Shown: positions 25,463 through 39,504, numbered from the stretch's first letter. The stretch: DNA of 64,000 nt from Epiperipatus broadwayi (GCA_028023455.1 JAQFVV010000004.1:22072001-22136000), one strand, 5' to 3'. The notes: generated by a model from the letters alone, not told the origin. Translations and numbers: made by a program.

Positions 25463-26894
25463 CACCTGAGTCTTGTTTTATGCGGTAGATAGGTTTCTCA
25501 GAAAACACGCACAAAAGAAATCGCACAAAAATAGACTTAACTTACCTTGAAAAATGGAGGATACGTACTGTAATTTTCCAAAAATCGCATAAAAGCAAAG
25601 CAACAACGTAAAATGACTTTAAAATTCGCATTAAAAAAAATAAGAAAATAAAATATGACTAATAAAAAATTTCAAATTTGAAAAAAATTGATACAAGACA
25701 AACTTTTTTTACTTTTTTTATTAACTACAGTATTTAACTTTATTCAAAACAATATATTTTTATGCGTAATTTACATTTTTTTCATACATGTATAGTATTT
25801 TAATTATTATCGCTATTTGAGACATCAGATTCGTCATGATGTGATGTGATGTGAGGTACTGTAGCTTCTCCTTAAATGAAGTCAAAAGGAAATACAACTA
25901 AAACGTTTTCCAATTGCTATTGATGCTTCCTACTTCACTAAGTGATCTAAAATTGAAATTTTTGTTTCCAAAGAAATTCATTTTCTTGGGGTTTTTTTTC
26001 TCTCCATTAGAATAAACTAAAAGTTTAAAATAAAAATAACTTAGACTTGATAATAAAAAGACGACTCACCACTGTTGGGCAAAATTTAATTAAAATTAAC
26101 AATTAAAAATTAAATTCTTATTTTTGTCTTTAATTTTTTAATTTTCAATTCCGTTTAAAAATCAAATTTCATCATCTCATATCATCTCGTTATGTAATTT
26201 TTAAATTGTTAATTACAATTAAAAATCAAATTTTAATTGTCAAATTTAATTGTGCCCTCCGCTGTTACTCACCTTTTAAAAATAAACTTGCGGACACTAA
26301 ATGATTAATTGATTATGTACTCGTTTTATAAAAAGCAAAAACAATAACATACGTCGTATAAGCATCTATAACGTTTGAACAGATTTGCATTATAATCTTG
26401 TAAAATTTATTACTTGTGGACACTAAATGATTAATTAATTACGTACTCTTTTTATAAAAAGCAAAAATAGAACGTGATTTAAAATGCAAAAATAACAACA
26501 AACACAGTATTTTTCATCTATAACGTTTGAACAGATTTACAGTATAGTCTTGTAAAATTTAATGTGTGTATATAAAATAGGGAAAATCTGATTTTAAGTG
26601 AATTATGAACTTCTTTATTACATAAAATCTATTACAGTACTATTATAAAGCGCTGAAAATATTGAAATTATTAGATGGAAGTTGAACTCTGATAATGCGC
26701 TATTACTTTAAATATGACGTGAGTGCGCGAAATTTATAATATTTAAAGTAATAGCGCATTATCGGAGCTCAACTTCTGATCTAATAATTTTTATCGCATA
26801 AAAGAAAACCGCTTACAAAGATATTAAGAAGAATCATGAATCACGTAACTTCAAAATTGCATTAAATAAATCCGCATAAAACGAGACCCGGGTG
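25463..26894. mobile_element. pogo/Tigger-like MITE, copy 2 (interior type B, opposite orientation to copy 1)
   Basis: TIR CACCTGAGTCTTGTTTTATGCGG / CCGCATAAAACGAGACCCGGGTG, TA at 25461-25462 and 26895-26896. Confidence 0.9.
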
Positions 26895-27849
26895 TATATA
26901 AAAAAACAGATTTTAACCTGGTAAACATTTTATTATATACACGAATCTGCCAAGTTAGAAACTATAACATTTAAGCAAAGAGAGCTAATTAGCAATAGAG
27001 ATTTATCATCTTGGCGAAATAAATACAATTTAAAAAATAACAAAGTTTGAAATCTATAACTTTGCAAGCTTATTTCATATATAAATATGTGCGAAAATTC
27101 ACATAAGCAGTAAGGTTTAACTTTACCCCCTTAAATTTTAAATTATGTTTGCCCAATTTATAGAAATTATTTATATTATTAGCAAAACGCATTTATAAGA
27201 TATTGTAACAGAAACTGGGTTCAAACCCTGTTACAAGGGAAAAATCAGGCTGTGTATGTAAGTATGTGTGTGTTTTGTTTCATAAGTTGTATATTTGGAA
27301 AGGACCAAGTAGCTACACATATATAGTTACGTAAATAATAATAATAATAGTGGTGATGGGTTACTAATATTAATGTATATATTTTACTTTCTTTCTCTCA
27401 CTTATTTTATTCTTATTTTGTGGCATATGTGTATATTGATAAATATTGTGTTGAAGGGAATAAAAAAAAATTGAGTAAAATCAAGAGATTTTCAAATATT
27501 TTAAAATATGAAGAAAAAAAAAGAAAGGAATTTTGTTTACCTTCCACGAATCAATTAGTCGAACGGATTGTATTGTTATTGAAACGGATATAATTAATAG
27601 TTGGATGTTTCATTTAAATTAATAAGATTAATATATTATCGAGCTTCGAAACTTTGTGGAAATGATTTTTGTGTTAACTAAAAGAAAAGAACAGGCAGAA
27701 TGTCCATTAAAAAATTAAATTCTTGAGGATTCTATTGTCTGATTATCAAGGTAAACAACAAAGCATAGTTAGATGGAATTTCCAAAAATAGCAAAAGTTA
27801 AGACCAAGTTGCTAAGTGGTTTTTCTTTTGTTCACGTATTGAGTAAAAA

Positions 27850-28520
27850 GATTTTTGGCTAAAGATTAAAAAAAAAAAGATAAAACATTGTTGAGAGCGA
27901 GAAGATTTTGTTTTTGGCAGTTGGCTATTGATTATTGCAGAGAGAAGGCAGAAGGCAATATGTGGCAAAAAAAAGAGATTTATAAAAACCATTTTTTAAT
28001 CAGAAAAAAGAAAAGATATAAAGGAAACTCCATGAAATGCATGGGGTAAAGTACTCGTTGTGCTGAGGGTCTATGTTAGACTCCATCTCCTTCTGTATCT
28101 TTGAGGCCACGCAAGATATTAAGAGACAGATTGCCCTAAATATTATATAAAAAAAGAGAGAAAATACGGCAAATGAATCCTGCGCCTGATGTCTGCCATT
28201 CCACAGATCTATCATGAAATGATGAACTTCTTAATTAGAACACTGAATTAAAAGACCAAATGGACTCATGATTTTATCCACGTTCACTAAAGGAATTAGA
28301 ATAGAAATAAAAGAATTAATGATCACAAAGGGTGCACTCAGAAACATTTATTTTAAATTCAGAAGACTCGTCAAAACAGCGGTAAATATATTTGCTATTA
28401 TTTCCAATCTTTAAATACACAAAAATCAAATAGTATAATAACTTTATACGTATTTTACTTCATAGATTTTATTCATTAACTATAACATCGTGTAAACAGA
28501 ATAGTATGTCATATACATGT
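27850..28520 (+). pseudogene. Possible highly degenerate Penelope-like RT remnant
   Basis: Weak resemblance in order to PLE RT blocks: G.KIKKKDKTLLR (GLPKIHK..PLRP), ICGKKKRFIKT, IRQMN, then KRINDHK (EN-like). No YVDD found. Confidence 0.35.
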
Positions 28521-29399
28521 GTGTGCCACTTTATAATTTTATTCAAATAAACATAAATAGATTTTAAATTTAACAAAACAATTTTTTTTTTTTGTTTGGT
28601 TATTTGTCTCTTTTACATTTTATTATATATATATATTTTGGTTTGGAATACGTATTATATGTTTTGAAATAGATTCCATTTTTACTTTCCTAAGAGTACG
28701 TGTTGATATATGTTTATGTGTTAGATTAAGGTAAAAGAAAGGCAAAGAGATTTTAAATTCATCTGCCATTTCTTCTCCGGTGGGTCACACCACCACCCCT
28801 GAGCATAAGCTAGTGTAAACCGGGCACATTAAAATTTATTGAGTTAATTTACTGTTAGCAAATTCTGCAATTCTTGTTAAATAGCAAGATTGGCGCTTGG
28901 GCCTTAGCTCATAAACGCGGATATTTGCGCAGTGAGCAAGTTAGTTAAGTTTAGGAGGAACCGAAGTGTATTAATTTACGTATATCCATGTTTGTATTTA
29001 GCAGCTGAATTTCTTTTCTTCACCCTTTGAATGACCGAATATTAGGAAAACTTCACAAAAAGAGAAGGATGACTCAGAACATGGGAAAATTTCGTATGGG
29101 AGGGGATGGTCGGAGCTATAAATACTACGAATGTGTAGGCATATCAATTCACCCTCTGGAAAGAATGCATGATCAGAAGAATCCAAATCTCAATAACTAG
29201 CTAATATATATAATATAAACAAAATAAACAATAAATCTAAAGTGAAGTAAATGAGGGAAAACGTGTTTTAGTTACAATATACACACATACACTTCTATAT
29301 ACCTTTTTATTAAATTAATAAGATAATATCTGAATACACCTTTATAAAATATATGTAGATTCACGCATATACATATTATGGTAACTTCTTTATTAAGCT

Positions 29400-30206
29400 C
29401 TTTTGATTAATATATGCCAACTTGGGGGTTTAAACTAGGAAAATTATACTTTTATGGATCATAGTAGGTGAAATGATCTGATTGATAAAGAATACCATTT
29501 CAATCGGAAAGCTAACATAGAGACCTATATAAATGATTTATGCACAATATACTATAGCAAAAATACTTTAATAAAAACAATTAAGAAATTCTAAAACAAA
29601 AATGCAACAACATCCAGTAAATAATAAACCACGAATAAGAATACTGTATGTACCACAGTTTTCACACACAAAAAAAAATATGCACTATTATATAAAAGTC
29701 TTAGAACTCTCCCCCTAACTTCAACAGATTACTAAATAACATCAAAGAAAATATCCCAGGATCAAATATTTCAGATCGTATATAAAATGAACTGCAGCAA
29801 CACAAAAATCTGTATATTATGGGGAGTCAATGGCAAATATAAGAGAGTTAAAAATAATTGGGAATATAAATCCATTTTCTGGGAGCATGTGAAAAAATCT
29901 GACCACATTTTTGATCTAATAAATGTTAAAATTGTTTACATGGAGTAGGATGATAGAAAACGTAAAGTGAAAGAGTGTGGTTTATCTCTAAAAACAACTA
30001 ATAATAATAATAAAAGCATCCAACTCTCCAACAAATTGAATATTTAAATCAATTTGAATGAACTAGCTTTGTACATTTAAATGCTATATCATGCCGAGGC
30101 ATCCCATGAGTGCTATAAATCTGGCTTCACCAGCTGAAAGGGCGCTCAGCTACAGTTAACATACAGAATAAAGACAACTAATATTTGAAACACTTAAGCA
30201 AACTAA
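29400..30206 (+). pseudogene. Penelope-like element: linker, GIY-YIG endonuclease and 3' end
   Basis: LYVPQFS, LLNNIKENIP, VYKMNC (29778-29795), VYYGES (29812-29829; GIY-YIG) and DHIFDLINVKI (29901-29933). Confidence 0.7.
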
Positions 30207-30553
30207 TTACAAAGGAGGATAACCAGACTATTATATTGGACACTAAAGATTGCAACTTGACTACACAAAATAAAATTATTAATTCAAAGAAACATAAATA
30301 AACCTCATTAAACAAGTATAATCTGTTCTGAAAGTAGACTAACAAATAGTCAATTATAATTTTCAAAGTCCAATTATAACTTTCAAGGTGCATTCCAATC
30401 ATGTATTATTTAGATAATAAAGCTAATAATGCGCAAGGCTAAACAGGTATTCAATGTAAAAGCAGGATAAAAGCAATCAACATTTAAACAATACCAATAT
30501 CATTAACAATCAACAATATCAAACTATTGTCAAGGCAACCTCCTGTAATCAAT
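30207..30553 (+). repeat. Isolated unit of the 20.8-22.5 kb satellite
   Basis: GACACTAAAGATTGCAACTTGACTAC...AAACCTCATTAAAC...GTCAATTATA...GTCAAGGCAACCTCC, same orientation as the main array. Confidence 0.85.
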
Positions 30554-33042
30554 AAATTATAAAAAATGAAATAAAATTGTATTTCTTTTTCTTAAATAAA
30601 TTTTAAAAAATAATTTAATACATTATTTGCATTAAATAATGAAATCTAAAACATAACATAAGGAAAATAATGTTTTTCTTCATAGATTGAATAAGGATTA
30701 AATATTCTGATAAATAAACAATTAACTTAATAAATTAAAAATTAATATAAAAGCCAAGCAATTTATAAATGAATATTTAGAACAATTAAGTTATTTTTCA
30801 AAATACGCTGAAGCTATGATACACTGTATAATATATACTACTTCAATTATATACTATCCAAAAAAAAAAGTAAACAAAAATTAAAAACAATAATTCATAT
30901 ATATCTAAATTTTGTAAGTAGAAATCATATTTTGTCTCAGAGCCCTGTATGTAATTACATATATTCATTAATACATTTTGTTGGATTACATTGAAGCCAA
31001 ATTTTGATGTGATACAGGATTTAATAAAATGTTTTCTAACTTTTAGGTTAAATGTTTTACGAATTTTATGAAAATTTGTAACATCTCTTTCTTAAGTGAT
31101 AAAATAAAGTTATTGATTTAGTAGGCACAGAAAAAAGAACTGTAAAATGTTTTTGTATTGTAGCATAGATGATTTAAAGTTATTAACTGAGAATCTGAAA
31201 TGGGTAATAGTAGCAAATAGTATAACTGTATAAATTCTGAAGTCAATATAAAGTTAAAAACCTCAAAACCACAAGGCTACAGTCTGTTCATAATGAGGCT
31301 GCATTTATATTTTCATAAGAGAAAATTTTTTTTAAAGAAAATGGATATTATCCGGAATGTGTTTAATTGCAATCAAAATCTACTCATTTTATTTAAAAAA
31401 ATAAAGATGCATTATACTAAGTTTTTTTTATAGTTAATCTGATGAACACACACACACATAAAATATATACCTAAATCTGCTCCATCAATTTATTATATTA
31501 ATAATTACAGTATACAGTAATTGCCTGAAGGTTAATGATGATGGTATATTAGATGTAATATGAACTATTTCTCCACCATCTATCATTAAATATTTAATGT
31601 ATAGAAAATTTTAAACTTTATTTTCAAATTCAAACAATTTGTTAATAATAACACTAACCTATCTCGTCTATTTATATGTGAAAAGTTTAAAAAATTTTAT
31701 ACATTCAACATTTAATGATAAATGATGGAAATAGCCAAAGAATAGTATTCACATGTAAATAGAAATAATACATATTCTATTATAATCAAAGCTTTTCAAC
31801 AAAATTTGAGCAATTATGTAGGATGTATGCTCTAATATATAAAAGAATAGGCATATTAATTTTTTTTTTTTAAAAATCTCATGTATTTATTTTAAAATAT
31901 AAACTATTATAATAGACAAGCAAATAGAAAAGAACAAGTTTCACCAATAGTTCATAGTAGCTATCCAGTTTCACATTTGATTTGTGTAGTTGTTTTTAGA
32001 GAGAAGCCAAAAAGATCTATCCAATCAAAAAACACTGATTGTAGTAAAAATAGATAACAGAAATTCAAGTGCAAGAGAGATTGTAAGTATTATTATAATT
32101 TTTCTATACCTTAACAACATGAAACTCAATATTTCTATCAATGAATACAGCATAAAGAAGACTACTAGAACTGACATCTACGAGATAAATTTGTCATTGA
32201 AAAAGAAATGCCATCATATATGGATGAATAAGAAAACTGTAACAATCAGAATTGCTTATATGGAATACTAATCCTCCTAGTATATAATAATATAACAGAA
32301 AAAAGACAAGAAAAAGAAATTTCAAAGAAACAAATATCATCTGAAAGCAATTTAAGAACCCATAGGAATTGTTGACACAAAATATTGCAATATTGTATTA
32401 AAAAAATCTCTCTTTTTTTTTTTTTTCAAGAAAGCAATTTGAAGAAAAATATGTATTTATAATTAAGACATCTCATATATGACACTTCAAATCTAAATAA
32501 GCATATGAAAACTTTTTATACTGCTAATTGATAATATCAAAAATAATTATTTAAAATCCCCAAAAGAAATCATTTTGTATTTCTATATATTTTTTTAAAT
32601 TTCATATGTCTTTTTAAATTATTCTGCATTACATGCTTATCAATTTTCACTATATTAAATTATTATTACCACTTAGTGAAACAAATTAATTGAGAACAAG
32701 CTTTATTGTAAAGGATAGTGAAATAATAGCTTGAAGACTTAGATAGACTAGATTATATTTTCATATAGTAACTACCATACTTTATTCATTTTTATTTTAA
32801 CTAATCATTAAAATTTTTTATTATAAATTATTTATGGGACAACCAATTTTTTTTCTGTCATAAATCCTTTATATTACATATAAAATATGTGCTGATAATC
32901 TCTGAACCAATAATCCAAACTCATAGGTTAAGATAAATGTATAAAGAAAAGTGGGATTAGAAATATATTTCATTTAACAAATCTAAAAGTTTAGATTTTG
33001 ATGCCACATAGAATGAATTTTTAATCAATATTATATTTAAGT

Positions 33043-35272
33043 AAAATAGAAATAAAACAAACTAACTCCTTTTTAAATTTTGTTTTTTATATGACTATTA
33101 TTACATGAAAAAAAAATCCAACGTTTCAATTATTTTCTATAGTCTTTTTCACGGCACACTAAAATAAAATAATATATATAACAAATAACATACTCCATAA
33201 AAATAAATAAATAAACAAAAAATTACAAAATATATTCATAACCAAAAATATACCTTATCTCACTCCCCTTTCCTATTACCAACAAACACAACTCAAAGAG
33301 AAACAATTTCATTTTATTAAAAAAAAAAAATCTATATATATCCTTTAAAACATTTAATTAAAAACCTATTATTTTCTTTTCTGTTTATCTATTAACATCC
33401 TATTTAATTCTGGTTTTATTTCATTAATGTATACACTTTCTTTTATCATCCTTTTATTATATGAGTTAATACATTCCAAAGGCTTTATATCAAAATCCCC
33501 ATGCTTAAATTTATTCATGTGAATGTAAACAGCAGAATTTTTATCACCTAAATGCTGTTTTAAATCTAGTTTTTTAGATTAAAACAGCATTTAGGTGATA
33601 AAAATTTTGCTGTTTACATTCACATGAATAAATTTAAGCATGGGGATTTTGATATAAAGCCTTTGGAATGTATTAAGTCATATAATGAAAGGATGATAAA
33701 ACAAAGTGTATACATTAATGAAATAAAACCAGAATTAAATAGGATGTTAATAGATAAACAGAAAAGGAAATACACCTGGGTCTCTTTTTACGCGGACTTA
33801 TTTAACACGATTTTGAAGTTACGTGATCCGTCTTTCACCGGAAGTCGAAGTCCGATAATGCGCTATTACTTTAAATAATAAATTTCGCGCACTTACATTA
33901 TATTGAAAGTAATAGCACATTATTGGAATTCGACTTTCATTTTAGTAATTTCAATATTTTCAGTGCTTTATAATAGTAAGATTTTATGCAATAATAAAAT
34001 TAAAATCATGATTTCCACATTTTATGTATACACCCATTAAATTTTACAAGATTATAATGTAAATTTGTTCAAACATTGTGCGTGTTAATTTTGCATTTTA
34101 AATCACATTCTGTTTTTGCTTTTTAAAAAAGAATGTAATCAATTATTAATCATTTAGTGTCCACAAGTTTATTTTTAAAAGGTCAGTAATAGCAGTGGGC
34201 ACAATTAAAATCTGATTTTTAATTGTAATTAACAATTTAAAAATTACTTACGGGCAACTTGAAATTAATGTGATGTACAACAAAATTTGATTTTTAAACG
34301 GAATTGAAAATTAAAGACAAAAATAAGAAATTAATTTTTACTTGTTAGTTTTAATTAAATTTTTCCCAGCAGTAGTGAATAAATGTCTTTTTATTATCAT
34401 AAGTCTAAATCCATAAACAATTAATAAAATCATCGTCGTCATCAACAGAAAACCATTAACACAACATGAGAGTGAACTTGGCGCTAGTTATATTTCCTCT
34501 TGTGAGAATAATTGCTGAGATATTCTTAACTTCGTTTAAGGAGAAGCCAAATACATCACATCACATCACATGAGAATCTGATTTTTACTAGTTTGCAAAC
34601 GAACGTCTTTTTGGGCAAATAACGATAATAATTAAAACGTGTATAAAAAAATTTAAATTACTATACTATAAATTATGCATAAAAATATATTATTTTGAAT
34701 AAAATTAACTATTGTAGTTAAAAAAAGTTTGTCTTGCATCATTTTTTTTTCAAATTTGAAATTTTTTATTAGTCATATCTTATTTCCTTATTTTTTTTTT
34801 TGCGCGAATTTTAAAGTAATTTTACGTTGGTGCTTTTCTTTTATGCGAATTTTGAAAAATCACAGACTACATCCGCCCTTTTTCAATGTAAGTTACGTCT
34901 ATTTATCTATCGCGTAAAACGAGACCCAGGTGTAATAGGTTTTTAATTAAATGTTTTAAAGGATATATATAGATTTTTTTTTTTTTAATTAAAGGAAATT
35001 GTTTCTCTTTGAGTTGTGTTTGCTGGTAATAAGAAAGGGGAGTGAGGTAAGGTATATTTTTGGTTATGCATATATTTTGTAATTTTTTGTTTATTTATTT
35101 ATTTATTTTTATGGAATATGTGTTATTTGTTATATATATATTTTATTTTATTTTAGTGTGCCTTAAAAAAGACTATATAAAATAGTCGAAAGGTTGGATT
35201 TTTTTTTTTTCATGTAATAGTCATATAAAAAACAAGTTTTAAAAAGGAATTAGTTTGTTTTATTTCTATTTT
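33043..35272. repeat. Long near-perfect palindrome (~530-bp arms, 6-nt loop at 33569-33574) interrupted by a MITE
   Basis: Left arm 33043-33568 is the reverse complement of 33575-33772 plus 34933-35272. Confidence 0.95.
33773..34932. mobile_element. pogo/Tigger-like MITE, copy 3 (interior type B)
   Basis: TIR CACCTGGGTCTCTTTTTACGCGG / TCGCGTAAAACGAGACCCAGGTG. TA duplication supported by the empty site in the opposite palindrome arm. Confidence 0.93.
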
Positions 35273-37044
35273 CGATATTTATGAACTATTTTGAAAAGAA
35301 GAACTCTGTGCTTGATATATTAAATTATTATATTTAAGTATTATAAAATTTTGAAGAGAAAAACCAAATTCTAAATTTCAATATTATTGTAATTAAGCAA
35401 TTTTCTCGATTTCAACTTCCAGGCATATCACAGTTCAAATTGGAACTATTTCGAGGCTTATGCATAGTCAAAAAAATTTATGACAACAAACTATTTATAA
35501 AATGTGGCTCACAAAAGTATGATTTTATTACATATGTTTATTGCCCTTTAATTACATAATCATTTCATACATTTTTGGCATTCAAACTAAAAGTAATTTG
35601 GAGATTAATCACTGTAAGTATATGGATTATTTATTAATATATCCTAACCTCTCTATGTTTTGTACAATATATACAAATAGGAAATTCCACAGTATTAGAT
35701 CTAGAGTCGCATTTTCTATCAATAGCATGACAATGCTACATGTTTTTAACAGATGAAACTTTTTAATTATATAATGATTAAAAAAAAGTGCATAAACTTA
35801 AAAAGATATGGGAAATATATATAATAATTGATTAATACTTATAGTATATTTGTGACTATTACCTTTAAAAGCTCAGAAATAAAATATTAAATATTATATA
35901 ATTTACTATTGTTTAATATACGCATAATATGTTGAATTTTTATATTTTAGATGTACTACATATTGATTTTAAAAATATTAATAATAAAAAAACATCTAGT
36001 TCAGTAGCTTAAGACCTTTATTTGAGAAGATTTATCAGGTAACATTTAACATTAAGATTTAAAAAAACTCAAAAATTTAACTTAACTAAACTATATCTTT
36101 TATAACCTAATTTTTTGTAATGTTTTCAAGTTTACACTTTAAAAAATGCAATATTTAATATTTATCAGAAGAGAAAGAACTGTTTAAAATAATGAGAGAA
36201 CTTTTATTCAAAATTAAACAAATTATAATCTGACTTCAAATTAAAAATCCAAATTTTATTCAAATAATAAAATGATTAATGGGCTTTTTTTTTCCTACTT
36301 ACTAATAAAAAATTTATCAATTAATAGTATTAAATTAAAATAACATTAACTAACAGCAAAAAACTTATATTTTAAGTAAACTTATATAATGCTTCTATTT
36401 TATATTTTACTACACTACAAAAGTATGTTCATACTATTAAAATATTTTTAAAAATAAGTGACATTTGTTTTTAAATATTTGTTTAATTAAATAAAATTAA
36501 ATCCAGTAAAATCATTAATTAATAGTAATCACAGTAAGAAAATGAGTTGACAATCATAAAAATAATAATACTAAAAATAAAATAAAAATCCTCCTTGACA
36601 TTTTTACTTCATTTATTACAGATTTGTATACCTGATTAAGGTCAATATACAGTAATTATAACATTGACCATTAATACTTCAAATAAATAATTTTAAATAA
36701 ATTCTATATATAATTGTAAGCCATATCAATAAAAGATAATATACTGAATTGATAATACCACACTCTCTTTTTTTTTTCAACAGTTATAACTAAAATATTA
36801 AAGATATATTTAGTTTTGTATAAATATTGTATTAAAGCAACTTTTTAATTCAATTTTTATATATATGCAAGCATTTTCTTAAATATACAAAAGACATACC
36901 TATAATAATTAAAACATTAATGCCTTAGCAGAATTTGTTGGAATTTTCTAAAAATTATCAAATTTAGCTTGCAAATTAACTTTTTTTTTTAAAAAAAAAA
37001 AAAAAAAACACAACAGCATATACCTTAATTTTTGATATATATTT

Positions 37045-37840
37045 TAATTTGACATTCAAGCACTTGGACGCTGTGATAAGAAAAGATTAGAATTTACATG
37101 TTTATATTAAGCTTAGGGCTTTGAAATCTTTTTATACCTGTTGGGTATAAATATAAGTTTATTTAAATTTATTCAAATGTATGTGGAGAATGAGATAACC
37201 CATTGGGGGAGGGGGGCATGATTCCTTTTTGTTTATGGAGTTGAAATTGTTGGCTATATGCCATGTCTCCTTGATCATATGCTTGGAATCATTTCTCAAT
37301 ACATGTGATGCTGAATACTGTGGGCTCAAATGTATGGTACATTACATTTGGTGATCGATGAATATGGATTCATATTTTGAATTATCTCTCTCTTTTGCAA
37401 GGATATTGCTGTTGTCATAGCTTACAGCAAAGCTGGCCTGTGATTCACCATAATAGATTGCACTGCATCTGGCTTGGGTGCATATGATCTTGTAGAGTGC
37501 ATGTGGCATTTGTTCTGTACGGAGTTTATCTTCAGAGTTATTTATTAGTCTATTATTGAGGACAGAGTGCAAGATCAAGAAGGAATGGCATGTAGCCAGC
37601 AATTCCAACTCCATAACCAAAAAGAATCCTGTTTCTCCCACTCAAAAAAGTGGGCTATCTAATTATCGCATATATTTGAATAAATTTAAATAAACTCATA
37701 TTTATACCATCCTCCTAGTCAACAGTTAGTATTATGAATATGAAACCATAAATAGATTTCGAAAGTGCTAAGCTTAAGCTAAAACCTATACATTTTAAGT
37801 TTTTCATATCACAGCATCCACGCACTTGAAAATCAAATTA
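37045..37840 (-). mobile_element. Penelope-like fragment with an inverted copy of its own 3' end
   Basis: Minus strand 37278-37572 encodes EDKL...ALYKIIC...IYYGES (GIY-YIG), continuing to KHMIKETWHIANNFNSINKKE. Segment 37045-37277 is inversely repeated at 37573-37840. Confidence 0.75.
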
Positions 37841-39504
37841 CATTTGCCTAAAAAAAGTTTCTACTTCAGATAATTATATATTATACCTTCAACCTACATA
37901 CGCACCGAGCATGAAGTGATGTATGTTGCAAAATGGAAATTCGATAATAATTCCCTGAAAATATTGTTGGCTAAATATGAATAAAATATCTCAAAAGAAT
38001 TATTAGAGGAAGTAGATTCAATCTAAAATTAGATCAATCGAAGCCTTGCCTGTTAAATTATCCCACAATCAGCCGATTAACTAAACGTGGATCACTTTTA
38101 GATTTTGCATACCTTTAAAAGCATTGAAATATTCTAATTCGGCCTTCTGTGCCACCCTCCTCAAGAACTTTATTGTTTATACTCCTTTTTCTTTCCCGAG
38201 AGTGTACAAATATGAATGATCACTGTCATATTACTTAATAAGTTAATAAGTTCGAACATAAATAATGAAAGAATCCAACTCCCCAGTAAGGTATCCCTGT
38301 CTAGCTCATTATATGATTTTTTCACTATCTCAGGTTAATAAGTGGGTCAATACTTTGATTACAATAATTATAGTTATGCTAACGAATAAATAATTCATCA
38401 AAACTTAGTAAGTGAAATGGCAAATGATTTAAATGTGAAATCTATTTATTATTCCCTTTTCTTTTTACTATCTCCCTCCACCAATTAATTACAAGTAAAA
38501 AAAAATTTAATATATAGTAATAGATATTTCAAATAATAAAAAATTTAATATTAATGTGAAGTTGATAGATTAAATTGAATATTTATTTACAGAAAACAAA
38601 TGCACATATAAAAAAAAAAAAAAAAAATTAAATGATCGCATAATGGGTGTGGTCTATACCCCCTTTTTCACTCTAAAGTAATAAATTAAGAAATCAAGTG
38701 TATGCAACAAATATATTCAAAAAAATATATAATCAGATGGTTCACATGCATGTTTAATGGCTATTCCTAAGGTTTATAAGTATTAACATTATGGGCATAT
38801 CAATATTTCCGTGCTCAATTATATTTATATATGATAGATATTTATGTCTCTACTTTGGGCACCTAAAATGATGCTTAAGGACTACGGCCATCGAACACTT
38901 AGAATGAGGTGTCACCATAGAAGTTTAAAGATTAGGAAATAAAGAGATCCTGCACATGGTGGATCTAAGTCGGACATGCACATAAATACCAACAAATATT
39001 GTACATATAACAAAATTTAAATAAAATGATTAATATTGACAGGATATAAGTAAGTGAAAACAAATTAATTATTTAAAAAAAAAAAATTAATATTATAAAA
39101 AAAATAAACACTCATCTGAACTTTTGAATTCTATTAAGTTTGGCTTCAATGTGAACCATATGACAACTCAATAGGGTGGATAAGGCTTCATTTCACCAAT
39201 ATCCGTGTTAGTCTTTCTTCCATAAGGGTATGCTGCTTCCCCTAAGGCATTTTCAGGCTTCAGGAATGAACGGGTGGTGTACTGCTGCTAGAAGTCTACT
39301 CCATGATTTTCTGATAGAATTAACAAACATTTGGCTAATAACGGCTTTGCTCCCCTGGAGATCTATAGCTGCAATCAGGCCAGAAATAGTTATTCTCTAT
39401 TTCCTTCTTTTTACTTTCAGTAGCTTTTCTAAGATTTATTTAACATCAATACAATATCCGAATGGTTAGTTTTCAAATTTCATTTCTTCTTTCTTTCTGC
39501 TTTC

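Noticed and set aside
31524-31579. Possible minus-strand micro-exon (D)GGEIVHITSNIPSSLTF
   Set aside because: Weak acceptor, non-canonical GC donor and no recognisable protein; needs RNA-seq.
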